From: Babesia bigemina | Taxonomy: Eukaryota | Length of the DNA: 64,000 nt | Reading direction: 5' to 3' | NCBI RefSeq assembly: GCF_000981445.1 | Contig: NC_027216.1 | Span: 2,170,001-2,234,000 of the forward strand | Part shown: positions 12,233-24,695 of the stretch, one piece after another | Position numbering within the stretch: the first letter of the stretch is position 1 | How the letters are laid out: each line of letters opens with the position of its first letter | Notes under the pieces: model-generated | What the model was told of the DNA's origin: nothing | Databases searched by the model: none | The model's input: the letters and a program-made list of their open reading frames with translations, nothing else | Made by a program: the position numbers and the translations under genes

Positions 12233-12937
12233 TTAAAACAATAAGTGGAACCCAAACAAAACAATAGGTCCTCCTGCGATTAGCACCAGCGAAGGGGCGC
12301 AGAAGGCGTCGACCAACAGGCTTATCTTTCCAGTGACCTTCACGGACGGGATGTTGTTGATGTTTGCCACCAGGCGCTTCACCTCCGCCGAGAGCTTCAA
12401 GGCGCGCTTGGTGCGGTAGCGCCCCAACTTCTCGGATACATCGACGTACACGCAGGCGTTGCAGTACTTCTCGGCGCGAATCTCCACCGTTTGGTGCGGT
12501 GGCTCGGTCAGGATGCTGTTAGAGTAACCCAGCAGCAGCCGCTGCGAGAAGTGCAGCATCTTCAGCATGTGAAGGTCAGCCATGGCCGTGTGCGCGCGCA
12601 CGTAGTCCTTAGCGACGAAGAGGCTCAGTCGGTGTAGCACGCTCGGGTAGACCAGGTCCTGGTTCAGCTCGAGGTATTCCTTGCGCAGACGCATCACGCA
12701 TTCCGAGAGCTGGTTGGCGTAACCGGTGTAAAACGCCGTCTCGATGACGGGGGCGATCGTCACTTGGGGGAAGTCTTTCACCTTTTCGAGCTGCTTTTCG
12801 GGCACCTGGGGCTCCGCTCCTATCCCGTAGTAGTCGGTGGTGCACGCCAGCGTGTTCGGGCGCACCGGACCAAACAGCAGTATGCTGCCGGAAGCGATAC
12901 GGACGCAGAGCGCAAATAATGCAAGCACGGCATACAT
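12233..12937 (-). CDS. Hypothetical surface protein with signal peptide and C-terminal hydrophobic (GPI/TM) tail
   Basis: Starts MYAVLALFALCVRIASG and ends SLVLIAGGPIVLFGFHLLF. Coding-like codon bias. Confidence 0.7.
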   Translation of the reverse strand: MYAVLALFALCVRIASGSILLFGPVRPNTLACTTDYYGIGAEPQVPEKQLEKVKDFPQVTIAPVIETAFYTGYANQLSECVMRLRKEYLELNQDLVYPSVLHRLSLFVAKDYVRAHTAMADLHMLKMLHFSQRLLLGYSNSILTEPPHQTVEIRAEKYCNACVYVDVSEKLGRYRTKRALKLSAEVKRLVANINNIPSVKVTGKISLLVDAFCAPSLVLIAGGPIVLFGFHLLF

Positions 12938-13026
12938 CGTGAAATTAACGGACAATATTTTGTGCCGATACGGCATCGACGCGATCTTTGGTTTCTTGAG
13001 GGGAAAACACAGACGAGTCAACAGAT

Positions 13027-15090
13027 CTAATACGTTGAACCTAGATTTTTCCTTGGAAGCAGGTGGGCCGAGCTGCGCAGATTCCACAGCACCAAACCGC
13101 AGCCCACAGGGGAGTGGTCGCTCGTCATCAGCAGATTCTTCACTTTAGGCTGCGCAGCTGAGTACGTGGCTTCGTCGATCTGCAGGCAGGTCCGCAGCGG
13201 AGGCAGCGACCACTTGAGCACGCGATCCGTCCACGACGGAACACGCTCCTTGACATTCCCGCCTTTGTACCACTGAGTTTCGAAGCGGGTGTGGTATTCC
13301 GCATCCGCCCAGCCCTCCCGCGAGTAGTCCGCCACGTCCCGGTCGTCGCGCTTCTTATACGTGGGGTAGAAACGGACCACACCCTCCTCGAATTTCATCG
13401 CTGAGAACAATGACGCAGAACCTCCGTACAACTCGTCGTGGAAGAGCAGCTCCTGCAGGCGATTCGCGTTCAGTAACGCCAGTGCCTCCTCTGCGGAGAC
13501 GTTTCTCACGCGGAAGTTGAAGTCGCCAGTCCAAAGCACGTGGTGGAAAACCTCGTCGATGTTCGACCCTGGGCCGCCGTACAGATCGCATAGCTTACGA
13601 ACGATGTATGTCGCGGCTTTCTCACGCGCACTGTAGCTCGTGGGGAGGTGGCAGCCAACCACGCAGATGACCTGGCCGCACAGGGACATGCGGAAGCTCA
13701 CGACGCCCTTGCTGCGATTGATTCGGCTGAGCGGAATGGCCTTGGATGCGTCAACTTTTGCCATGCCTGAGTCTAGCAACGACTTGCGCACCCACACGGC
13801 GATGCTCGTGCTCTTCGTGTGGAGGAACGCGCCATCGCCATAACCGGACAACTTGTACTCATCAAGCGGCACGCGCACCAGCTCTTCCTTAGACTGACGC
13901 TGCAGATACTTGGTGATGGATACAAACATGCTGCACGAAAGCGTCTCCTGCAGTGCTATGATGTACACGTCATAGCCGGCGGGGATCCAGTCCCGCAGAG
14001 GCTCCTCGTCATCCACGGTCAGAGGCTTCAGCTGGAATGTTGACTGACGCAATAGCACCGGTATAGCCGGGCAGTCGGTTGGCGTTTTGCCAAGCTTGCT
14101 ATTCCTCGACAAACGGGCCAGTGCGGGCCTCGGGGAGACGTTCTCAACTTTGGACGATTTGCCCGTGGCACGTGAGCATGGGGAAGGGGCAGTTGAACAA
14201 TCGGAAGTTGACGCCTCGTGATGATTGCCAAACGTAACAGTTGGTGCCTGGCGAAGCGTCTGCGGAACACCCGACGACGACGCTTCGCACCCCGCAGACA
14301 CGCCAGTGGCGCCATCGCGGACGCCATTCGGTTTCTCCATGGAGGGTTCCACGCTTACTTCGGGCGAGTCAACTGCGCTGCAGATTTCAGGCGTATCACC
14401 GTCGCTGACGGTGGTAACTGCGCCCGGCGAAGCAGCCTTCGCACAACCCTTCAGCCAACTCGACGTGACCTTTTCTGGAGATGAACTGCGGCTGTCGTTG
14501 ACATCTGCGATTGTGCTCTTGACATCTGAAGGGTGCGGGTCTGGCTGATTTCGGGTGTCGTGGGTGTCACTTCCGCCGGCATCGGTAGCGCCGTCGCCGT
14601 GGTCGCGCCCGGGACGGAAAAAAACGTGGCCCAGCCACTGAGATACCGATTCCGCAGTGTGAATCAGACGATCACTCCAGCTCGAGTCTTTTTGTTGGGG
14701 CTTTAGGATCACAGACTCCTCCGGTTCCTGGTAGACACAGTTCCAAGTGCCCACAAAAATACGGGCGGGGCGCGCCGAAAGGTCGCGGTAATCGTCTTTA
14801 TCTGGAGCCTTCAGCTTACGAGCTGTAGATTGCGTCCGGTTCTGCGATTTTGGAGACGCTTCGGCCGGCGCTACCAACGCAACATCGCCGCCGTCGGTCT
14901 TCGGAGGCTGGATTCCACCGGCAGACGCCGACGAAAAACCGCGAGCACGGCGATCAGGAACGATTGGCGACGCTCTGCCTTTCGTACGTTTGCTATACTC
15001 GGCTATGCGGTCCTTGACCGACACAGGTGTGTATGCCTGTACAGGCGAATCATACCCGTCGCCGTCATTCTTTCCCTCGCCGCTCACCAT
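13027..15090 (-). CDS. Inositol polyphosphate 5-phosphatase (EEP family) with a long low-complexity insertion
   Basis: Motifs IFVGTWN, YDVYIIALQE, SKGVV, GCHLP, LWTGDFNFR, FYPTYK, PSWTDRVL and SDHSPV. Confidence 0.9.
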   Translation of the reverse strand: MVSGEGKNDGDGYDSPVQAYTPVSVKDRIAEYSKRTKGRASPIVPDRRARGFSSASAGGIQPPKTDGGDVALVAPAEASPKSQNRTQSTARKLKAPDKDDYRDLSARPARIFVGTWNCVYQEPEESVILKPQQKDSSWSDRLIHTAESVSQWLGHVFFRPGRDHGDGATDAGGSDTHDTRNQPDPHPSDVKSTIADVNDSRSSSPEKVTSSWLKGCAKAASPGAVTTVSDGDTPEICSAVDSPEVSVEPSMEKPNGVRDGATGVSAGCEASSSGVPQTLRQAPTVTFGNHHEASTSDCSTAPSPCSRATGKSSKVENVSPRPALARLSRNSKLGKTPTDCPAIPVLLRQSTFQLKPLTVDDEEPLRDWIPAGYDVYIIALQETLSCSMFVSITKYLQRQSKEELVRVPLDEYKLSGYGDGAFLHTKSTSIAVWVRKSLLDSGMAKVDASKAIPLSRINRSKGVVSFRMSLCGQVICVVGCHLPTSYSAREKAATYIVRKLCDLYGGPGSNIDEVFHHVLWTGDFNFRVRNVSAEEALALLNANRLQELLFHDELYGGSASLFSAMKFEEGVVRFYPTYKKRDDRDVADYSREGWADAEYHTRFETQWYKGGNVKERVPSWTDRVLKWSLPPLRTCLQIDEATYSAAQPKVKNLLMTSDHSPVGCGLVLWNLRSSAHLLPRKNLGSTY

Positions 15091-15921
15091 GTTGTCCGCA
15101 ACCAACCACCACGCAGCAGATGCTCAAAGCGGTACACGAAACCTACCGCCGGCGCATGTGGCATTTGAAGAATCGAACGTGGCTCCGGCTGCAGCAGTCC
15201 TCCTGGCGAGGCGACAATGGCATTGGCAAACCCGTCCTAGGACTATTATACATAGAAGGTTGGAATAATCTAATGGTACATTTTTAATGGATGAGATGAG
15301 CACGGAGCCTGCGACAAACAACGATGCCAAACGCGTCCCGCCGCCACATCGGTGTGACGTCCTGCGTGACTAAGTCTGGTCGATCTCAGAACCTCAACAC
15401 GTCACACCTTAACCCAAAACGCAATCCTAACGCCGGAACGGGTATGGGTCAGGGAGGATTCCACGCGATTTGTCTACCGTGGGATATTTAGCGGGCAACG
15501 ACGCGACATCGGCGCGCCGACGTGGCTCTCACTATGCCCACAGTACAAGTGCCGTGGTGAGTTGTGATGTAAATAAGAATTGAACAGCAGCATGTGAGCC
15601 GCCATTGTGGCTCAAGTTCCCCGCTGACGCCACTGAGCCGGTGCCAGAAGGCCAACCAGGAAAGGCGCTCAACTGGGGGCGAAGAAAAAATTGCTGCTGA
15701 CAATTGACGTGGAAGCTGCCCTATGGGGGCCCTCGGCACGCCTGGATAGTGCCGGCGTGCTACTTTATAAAAACAACGACATAACAGAGTTTAGCCACGA
15801 TATAAGAGACAACCCAGCGCCGCGAAGAGCTTCGCGAACGCGCAGCCGGATTGGCGCTGTCCAAAACTTATTGGACATGAACGATTAGTGTCCGTACTAA
15901 CGGATTCGTCGCCCTGCAAAA

Positions 15922-17429
15922 ATGGTGGAAGAGACGAATCTATCCTACTCTGTAGCACGGCTACAGGAACGCGTGCAAGGCACGCGAAAAATAGACCTAG
16001 GCGAAACGGCACGTAGCCGACGCATGTTGTCCCTCCGGGAACTCCGGATGAATGTAGTGGAAGCAAAAAGATCAAATTATTTTAAAAGATTGCAGCAGCT
16101 TTTCCCGGTACAGGAGAGTGCCGAGACAGAAATCACTGATATGCAGATTGATGAACACGAACTAGAGCCAGAAATACACGACGAAGATATAAAACTGGAC
16201 GACATAGGTGAGTTGAAAGCAAAAGAATATTGTGAAGAAGGGGACGATGCAGACGAAGGGCAGCCAGTCGCCAAGGCAGACTCAACAGAAAGACTCTACG
16301 CCATTATGGGCCGGGGGGGACCAAGGCGGCACAACCTTTTCCCTATAGATATTGCCAGTGTCTTCACAACACACGAGTTCCTGGTGGCCACTGATACTGA
16401 AATAAGGGAGGAGGCGCTGGCGCTGAAAAGGAGCCTGCTGTTCGTTCGCCCAGAGGGCCACAGGGTGCTCGTCAAGGTGAACAACTTCTGGGCCACGGAA
16501 TACACCAGGGAAGGTCGCGTAAGGCATAGATTTAGTGTTCCATTCACCAAGGGGCCCACTGTACTCGACTGCATCGTGAAGGACTATGACGAGCAAAACA
16601 AGATCCCAAATGAGGACCTCACATACTTCGTCATTGACGTTCTGATGTACAATGGCTGCATGATGGCGAACGCGGACACTGAGTGTCGAACGTTTTTCCT
16701 CAAAAGCAGGTGAGTTATGCCGTGGTGAAAGCGTGCGTATACTGGTCCATCGGTAGTGTTACGTGCTAAGCATCCCGTCACACTTTACAGGCTCGAGGAA
16801 TCTGGCGCTATGGAGAGCAGACCCCGTTTCGTCATGGTGGAATACCAAGAGTGCAATCCGATGACGATGAGGGACGCATATTACCGGTAAGTGTAAGTGG
16901 ACACGCGTGCCATGGATCTACAGAGTTGACAACATCGAGTACGACAGGGACTCGATAGTGTTTGTAGACAAATCAGCGAGCTACGTCGGTGGATACAACC
17001 CAAACTGGCTATGCTGGAGGGACGAAAACACGACCAAGTATATCAGAATCAGCAAAAACGGCCTAGCGCCAGCACGGGTAATATGCGACCACAACGACCG
17101 GATGCTCAAGACGCTTGACGGCGTTGTTATAGGACAGCTGCCGAAAAAGTACGACTTCGACCGCGACAAAATTACAACGTAAGCAACACTTGTCCCTAGC
17201 GTTATCACACCGCAGGATTCTCATCAAAAGCGTGGACATATCGACAATGACGGTGAAAGAATTCAAGCTACCGACAAATGCGTGCCGGTTCGATAAGTTT
17301 AATGCCTACCACACTGGGATGGCTGACTCGCTTAGGAAGATTGTTAGACGGTTCATGCTGGACAACCAACTCGACCTCGACTCAGAGGGATCCTACAACC
17401 GGTTGGTAGATGCTGTGGCAGCGGCTTAG
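15922..17429 (+). CDS. Snurportin-1 homolog (multi-exon)
   Basis: RPEGHRVLV...GRVRHRFS...TVLDCI...TYFVIDVLMYNG...TECRTFFLKSRL, followed by DSIVF and YVGGYNPNWLCWRD, matches the snurportin m3G-cap-binding domain. Confidence 0.8.
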
Positions 17430-17440
17430 TGTATGTAATA

Positions 17441-17734
17441 TCACCTGATTATATCAAAGGAATTGTATTCTAAGTCGCCAGACTTCTCCGTCATCTTGAA
17501 GTCGCACGACAGGATCTCGGAATTAGGAGATCCAACCTTCTCGAGGAAGTGGCGGAAATCATCCATAGAGGACAAACTGTGTGACTGTCCTTCGCCGCTG
17601 ACGGTGCCATCAGCCTCGTTCCTCACGAATCCCTTTATCCCTAGCCGGTCGGCTGCTTCTTTCGTGAACTTACGGAAGAAGACGCCCTGAACACGTCCTG
17701 AGACCCGGAACTTAGCACAAAACACGGGTGACAT
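17441..17734 (-). CDS. Acylphosphatase
   Basis: Signatures VSGRVQGVFFR and GFVRNEADGTV. Confidence 0.95.
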   Translation of the reverse strand: MSPVFCAKFRVSGRVQGVFFRKFTKEAADRLGIKGFVRNEADGTVSGEGQSHSLSSMDDFRHFLEKVGSPNSEILSCDFKMTEKSGDLEYNSFDIIR

Positions 17735-19833
17735 GTTGCACACGAGCTGTCAATGTTTTATGTATGTGGCGTGGGCGAGTCTTGGCGAGACTACTAGTTA
17801 TACGTTTGCCGTCTCACAGCCTGTATTAATGTGTCGCAGATTAGCGGCGCTCCAACGGGTTTCAATCGTCCCCTATGTCAATAAATATCAGCTGTGTTGT
17901 TCTTTATTGCCGTGAAGCTAAGCAGCTCGCAAAAATAGGGTGGTATAGACACTACCGGCAGCGTTTGACGTAAAAGGTGTATACGATGTCCCGACGAACA
18001 ACAGCACGTCGAGTTTTTAACAACCAATACGCATGGGTATCGGATGCCTTATCGTAGCTACGGATAGCTGGTATTAGGCAAGATTGATTGGCTGCGCGCG
18101 TCGGAGACGTCACGCGCCGCAAAGCGCCGATTCCGTCGCAATGTGTGTACGAAGCTTTAATTATATTGGCGGCATGACCTTCTTGACTCATATAAAGGGT
18201 ATTCAGTACCATCTTAGACTCGCCTACCACGCTGCTGGCCAGTCTAAGATCGGCAGCTCGCATAATCAGCAAAACGCAGAGGTGCAGAATGCCACCCCTA
18301 ACATATGGAACCGCCAAAGCGGAAGGAGGCAATGCGTTTATCGATAACTGTCATGTTTTAGGGGCAGACGTGTCTGCATTACGGCGACGCCGACTACGAA
18401 CCTTCGCCACAGCACATACCCGCGACACTGGATAATGTGCGTTCCAGATTCGGCACCCACATGCTAATATCGACATTGCCAACTCTTTACCCATATTGCC
18501 TGAATGGTACGTAACCGTGGTGCCCAAAAAGGAGTACACAAACGACCACTGATTTCTGGCCGAATCGCGGAGGCACCAAGGGCACCACAATACGTAATAC
18601 GCGGAGCTAGCACGCGGGAGACTGGCCGTATAACATTCCGTTTTTTAGATCCAACAAATCGCAGCTAAAGCTGTCCGTAACACGGTCTACGTACTTTCTG
18701 CGCCGTTTCAAGGTACACCCTGTGACCCTCACCGAACGCTTGCCGATCATCTCAGGTATGTGCTGCTTAAAACACTGGAATATTTTATTTGTGAATTATA
18801 ACAGTGCCTATGTTAGGAATAACTGTATGTTGACCCATTAAGCTCTCGTATCGCTCCAATGCTGTTGCCTACGGGCGGAGGTGTGTCGAAGGCAGTATTA
18901 GGCTAGCGATTTAAACCATCGCGCCGCCCTGAAGCGGCCAGAGCTTTATACGACGTACTTTTTTCATATTAGCTGTTTTTTGTCGGGAATGCTTTTTCAT
19001 TTTTTTCCCCTCTATTGTTGCACGTTTCATCAGTAACTCATATTTGTTCAGATTACGCAACGTTTGTTGGCTAGGCCGTCATCAAAAGGGATACTTAAGA
19101 TGCGTTGCTGAACAGTAGGGAATTGCTTACAGGGACCGGAACAAGGATAGGGTTGCACTTACACGCCCATATCCGTAGCTGCTTTATGTCAAGATACGTA
19201 TACCCGGAAGGGCCACTCTAGAAATGTGAGATCCTATCGGAGACTCCCGCGGCCGCTCTTTTCGAGTTGTCTCGGTATATGTATTGGAATTTGTATATCA
19301 ACGGCCCAGCCGTATAGTGGACATGTCGGCAATTCTGCCTTAGCCCTTGGGAAAGCGTCCGGGGCCGCAAAGAACGATGTGTTTGGTCGCCCAGGGCTAA
19401 CGTGATCAGGGCAAAAATTACCCCTGCTCGTAAGAGGTTTTAGAGGAGGTTACGCCGTATTTCAGGCTGCGTTTAGTGCGCATGGATTTAGGGGATCATA
19501 GCATAAATCGGCGATAGGAAATTTTTGTAAGAGTTGCATTTTCATTTTTACGATTCTATCCATGCAACTGTTTTTCAGAGATTCTGGTTGCAAAGGTTTG
19601 TCTGCTTTTTTTAACTTACGTTCTCGTTGATCGTCTAATCATTGCGATTCTGCAACGGTGAGTATGCAGTGAGCCGATCTTCTGCCGTGCGCCATATTCT
19701 TTAATTGGGATTGTGTTAAATCAAACTCCGCAGGCCATATCCGCACTTGCGAGAGTAGTATCTGAACGCTTTCAATTCTGGCTTGAGCCAACATTCTTTT
19801 GCCGGGTACAATTTGACATCTCTGTTTGGCAAT

Positions 19834-20352
19834 ATGAGGGATTCTCACGGGTCACACAGCTACGTGCTTAACAAGCCGACGAAAATCGAGTTCCACAAGG
19901 TCCGCATTTTGATTTTGGATGCACCTAATAACTCGAACGTCGAGCTTTATTTGCACGAGATGTTGGCATTTGGAGTCACCTGCCTCGTACGAACATGCGA
20001 AACCAGCTATGACTGTACACCCATCACTGCCGCGAATATTGCTATTAGAGAACTCATATTTAACGACGGAGAGGCTCCTTCGGACGCGATCGTCGCGGAG
20101 TGGTTGCAAATCCTTAAAGATGTGGTGGCAAACAATGGTTCAGTAGCGGTTCATTGCGTCGCTGGCCTCGGCAGAGCACCCGTCCTGGCCTGCGTCGCAC
20201 TAGTGGAATACGGAATGCATCCTTTGGACGCCATTTGCTTCGTTAGAGAACGGAGAAAGGGGGCGATCAACCGCAAGCAACTGGAATACCTGAAGTCGTA
20301 CAAAACACGCAAAAATTCGCCTTTGTGTTTGAGACTCTGCCCGATGTTTTAA
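19834..20352 (+). CDS. PRL: PRL (PTP4A-type) protein tyrosine phosphatase
   Basis: Active-site loop VHCVAGLGRAP, RRKGAINRKQ, and a C-terminal CaaX-like CPMF. Confidence 0.95.
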   Translation: MRDSHGSHSYVLNKPTKIEFHKVRILILDAPNNSNVELYLHEMLAFGVTCLVRTCETSYDCTPITAANIAIRELIFNDGEAPSDAIVAEWLQILKDVVANNGSVAVHCVAGLGRAPVLACVALVEYGMHPLDAICFVRERRKGAINRKQLEYLKSYKTRKNSPLCLRLCPMF

Positions 20353-20848
20353 AGTACCTCTTACAAGACACGTTAGAGCTAGAATGGGAATTGGATAAGT
20401 GCGTCGTTCTTTGTGCACCTTTAAACCCTTATGGCAGATTCATTGCTCTGAACTAAACACGTTCAGCCGAGAGGAACCAAACTTAACTTAATGTTTGCAA
20501 AACCCCATATACCATTCACTTACGTAGTCATGCGATTTATATAACGATTCGTGAGGTTTTTGCGTGAGTGGTTTTGTTTCATGAAGCACTGCGTTACTGT
20601 TGGCGCAGGGCGATGTTTGAGGACGAGGCGACCATAACACCATACACAGCCTGAATATTACGACACCAAGTGGTCGGGTGGGCGTATGACAAGTTTGGTA
20701 GAGTGGAGGCATGGAGTGCAGGGGGAAATGCTTAAGAACATTGCTGTACCGTATTCCAAAAACCAGACAGCTACATGATCTGAGAATGTACATATTTCCA
20801 TTAACAATACATAGTTGTTCTATTAAATGCTACGTTGTATACGCTAAA

Positions 20849-21151
20849 CTAATACTGGTCTTTCGGTGGATACCTCTCGTATGGGTTGTATATGTCAGGG
20901 AGACTAGTGATATAATCGTGGAGATTGTTTAGGGGCCATATACGCCTCTCCACCATGTAGTGAATGGTGAAAATGATCAATATAATAACAGGTAGGCATC
21001 CAAAGAATATTGTTAAGAATTTGATGCTTTGCTGTTGTTTTTCCGCGCAACATGTACATGAACAAAGTGTTCCACCCCGGTTACAGCCGGAACAACCCGG
21101 CGCGCAGCACTTTCTACCTCCTACACTTCCACAGCTACATGCTTGAGCCAT
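20849..21151 (-). CDS. Small Cys-rich single-TM protein (half-size family member)
   Basis: MAQACSCG..CCAPGCSGC..CSCTCC (10 Cys), then TM FLTIFFGCLPVIILIIFTI and a short tail. Confidence 0.7.
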   Translation of the reverse strand: MAQACSCGSVGGRKCCAPGCSGCNRGGTLCSCTCCAEKQQQSIKFLTIFFGCLPVIILIIFTIHYMVERRIWPLNNLHDYITSLPDIYNPYERYPPKDQY

Positions 21152-22308
21152 ACTTCCGTCACCTAAATCCAACAATCCTGCTTAGATGAACACCTTGCCT
21201 AGAAAATGGTGGCGCGTAAACTCTTCCTATCAGCTACGTTTACCAATTGAAGTAAGACGTCATAAAAAGCCGAACTAATGATGCATCGTTGACAAAATTC
21301 GGTGTGTTTTACAAACTGGACGCCCCCCCAACCCATCATCAAAGGATAATTTGTATCTGCATGCGGCTGATGGCGTAGCCATAACCCAGGTGCGCTTAAA
21401 CCTCACCGCCCGAATAGCTAATCCCAATTTTTTGTCATGAACATACATATATGTGGACCGTATATTAATATGATGGTTAAGGAGTTTTAAACATTACCAT
21501 TAATGCGATGTGACCCAACTCTTCAGCCATTATTATTATGTTCTCTTGTTATTATTATGCACTACTAGTATTGTGTTCTCTCATTTTATAGTGTGCTATG
21601 TGGCTACGTTACTGGAATCCATTATTGGCATTGCGGAACTATTGCCTCACACTACTATTGTAGGCTGCGGGTACGTAGTGTTGTCATCAGTCATAGTTCG
21701 CATCACGCCTCTGAACCACGTGCACTGCCTGCTAGCACCGCTTTGCGGAGCTTAGCAATCACACAATTCATAACGGTCTTAAATGCGCAGTTCACAACAG
21801 TGAACACGACAATACACTTGCATCCCGGAGCTATGTAATGAAATTCATGAACAAAGGTAACGACTATAAAACATTGAGTTGCTACGTGGTAGTCTACACG
21901 TTTCAACGTGATTTGCGCGCATCAGGCGTTATGCATTCCGGCGACGGACCTTACCCACCGCGGCAGTTAATAATAACTAACGTGACGTTTGTGACTGTGA
22001 AGCGTGGCTTTTAAGCTGCGGTTCTCCAAGCAGCATCCGTCAGGTATAGGGGCACTGAAGTGTTTTATGCTATAACCACAGCACGTCAAATTGCGTCGTG
22101 AGAACAAATCGGGAATGCAAAGAACTATATGTTGGCTTATTTGACGGTAGCAGCAAATTGTATGGCTATTGTATCTACGAAATATGCTGTTACCACATTC
22201 TATCTATTTGAAATACATTCCAAGAATTCGTGGCGCCAACTCACTGTGAACCCTTACGGAAATTTGTTGTTTAGCAAGCTGTTTTTACTGATCATTTGCT
22301 ATATCTGC

Positions 22309-23067
22309 TTAATAGAATGCCCAAAATCCAGCTAAGTCGTAGAGGATGTCCACTGAATTATCCAAACTGCATAAGGCTTTGCGGACAGCAGCAGCAGACA
22401 GATTATCTTTGCAATCCGGCTCTTTGTAATCCAAAGCTTTCAATAGCTTTTCAAAACGCTCGTTAGCATTGATAACCAGCCATTTTTCGGCTGCATCATC
22501 GCTTGCATTCCACAAGCATAGTAGACCTGCGTACAGCATCGGTGCAATACCAACCAGAACCATAGCACACGCTTCCGGGTTCTTTGCGCATGACGCATCC
22601 CACGTCGCCTCCGAACTGTAAGCCGACTTGTACTCGTCAGGGTTTTTTATATCATCCAAGAACTTCTCAGTACCATGCACAACTTTACCTAGGTTCTCTA
22701 CCATGTCTTTAAGTTTGACACCCTCCGTCTGTATGATGTTTTCATAATCACTTGCGTAGTATCCCCACTGATGCTTGAACCACATGAAAATAGTTTTATT
22801 CATAGGTTCGCTAAATCTCCCCAACAGCCTCTTTACGGACCAGTGGCCCTTCAGCCCCGGTTTCTCTAAGAATTGCTTAGTAATAGGCTTTATCTGCTCG
22901 AGAGCTGGTAACACTTTTTTGCCAACAGGCTTGTCTGCGAGCAAATCGTAAAGCGCAGAGCCCATCGCCGCCAAGTTCTTTTCACCATCAGTACCCTTCA
23001 AGGCTATCAGCCAGTCAATACCCTCCCTGAGGTTGTGAGGAACATCAGTCAACGAATTGTACACCAT
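22309..23067 (-). CDS. Short ves/VESA1-related protein (~252 aa)
   Basis: N-terminal SLTDVPHNLREGIDWL and internal CAMVLVGIAPMLYAGL resemble VESA1 N-terminal motifs. Ends YDLAGFWAFY. Confidence 0.8.
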   Translation of the reverse strand: MVYNSLTDVPHNLREGIDWLIALKGTDGEKNLAAMGSALYDLLADKPVGKKVLPALEQIKPITKQFLEKPGLKGHWSVKRLLGRFSEPMNKTIFMWFKHQWGYYASDYENIIQTEGVKLKDMVENLGKVVHGTEKFLDDIKNPDEYKSAYSSEATWDASCAKNPEACAMVLVGIAPMLYAGLLCLWNASDDAAEKWLVINANERFEKLLKALDYKEPDCKDNLSAAAVRKALCSLDNSVDILYDLAGFWAFY

Positions 23068-24642
23068 TTTGTAAAGCTTCTTTAAGTGAGGCAACCTCTA
23101 TTAACCGAGGTTTTTTTTGTCTATTTAAAAAGCCGGTGTGCTATCAGCTGTGTACTGATGGCAGGTGCACAAAGCACAGATGCTTTTAATATCTAATGAA
23201 TGAGTGTTAAATTTGTGTTTATTGTGCTTTTAATTAGCCAAATATTCGTGTTGTAAAGATGTGGCTACCAAGCTGCCCAACTGTAACAAGATCCGTATGA
23301 TTAACCTGGCATGCAGAACACATGTCATTCTCCTACGTAGATTTCAGAGGGAAGTGACACCTTATGTCGTACAACGTTAATATAGTTGCAACGTCGCATC
23401 TGTGTTCGTAATGGTGAGAGGGGTTTCTGAGAGTGTTTGACAAAACCTACGGCGTCTTCCAAGCCTTGGTAGTTACGGATCCGGCAGTCACAATAAGGCA
23501 CGCAGAAACTCCTTGTACTTTGGTTCGTCATTAGCATAAAAGTTCTTACTTTAATGGGATGCGACGAATTTCCGTATCCGGCGATTCGCGTAGCATGACA
23601 CATGAACGTTGCGACACGTTTATTTCATTTCCAAAACACATGTTCTCCTAGCTGTGTTCACATTATGCCGCCTAATCCGGTACAAGATCTTCTTGGCAAT
23701 TAAGATGTCTACACTTAAAGTCTCGTAATTGTAGTTTTTAATATGCATTGATATGGAGATGATGCGTTGGCTGGAGCAGCCACAGAGCTTTAATCGGTGG
23801 ATGTTCCATCCCGAACCGTGTGATTTCGATGCGGTGTGTTATGCGGCCGCAGTTATCCTTGAATTTTGCAAACGGCTTTCACATGGGCGGCGCTAAGTTG
23901 CAATAGATTCTATTCCCACAACGATTGCTTCCGTTAGTGTATGTTAGCCTGACTTTCAACGGAGAGCAACTGATCCGCCTCATTTCACCGCTGTTTTGAC
24001 GCTATATTTGCAGTTTGAGAGCGTGAAATATGTGCACGACGGTAACCATATATGTGTGAAAGTAACGCGAATGCTGTAATATACGATTACCGGTCGTTAT
24101 TACTAAATATCCGTGCTACGCTGGGAGGACTTTGGTTTGAACCAGCAGCGGCATGAATCACATGGCCACATAACAGGCATGGCGGACCTTAAAGTCATCA
24201 ATGGTGTAGGCTACACATTGCTACTCTGCGGTCATTTCTATTGCACCTCTCAGTGATCGTACACGGCTAATCTGCTGATGAGGGGGGCGAATGGTTAATA
24301 TGAAGTGGGTGGGTAAAGGTATACCAGTCGACATATGCGTATTATCCACCTTAGATAGTTGTGGCAATCTGATCTATTCAAGCACTGTCCTTACAGCAAA
24401 GATTTGGCGTGCCATCATTCAGAGGTGATGTTGAATTGGCACGTACGAATATTGCGGATCATTTTGTTACGTCTGGAATACAAAAAGCACTTTTCAAAAA
24501 ATATGTGTAAATGTGCCCGTATGTTGGCAATATATATGGAGATGTCACTACAAGTCAAATGAACTTAACAGTCAATGCAATCAGATGCGTCAACGTGCTA
24601 CCATGGTAGTGCCACAGCAGAGGGAGCGGTAAAGTGACATGA

Positions 24643-24670
24643 AGTAAGTGAGTAAGTGAGTGAGTGAGTG
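24643..24670 (+). repeat. (GTGA/GTAA)n microsatellite
   Basis: agtaagtgagtaagtgagtgagtgagtg is seen directly. Confidence 0.8.
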
Positions 24671-24695
24671 GATAAAGTGAGTGTTAATCACCACT

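Noticed and set aside
12938..13087. Apparent overlap between the 284-aa ORF and the 5-phosphatase end
   Set aside because: The extension starts at a non-ATG codon; the signal-peptide Met at 12937 is the better start.
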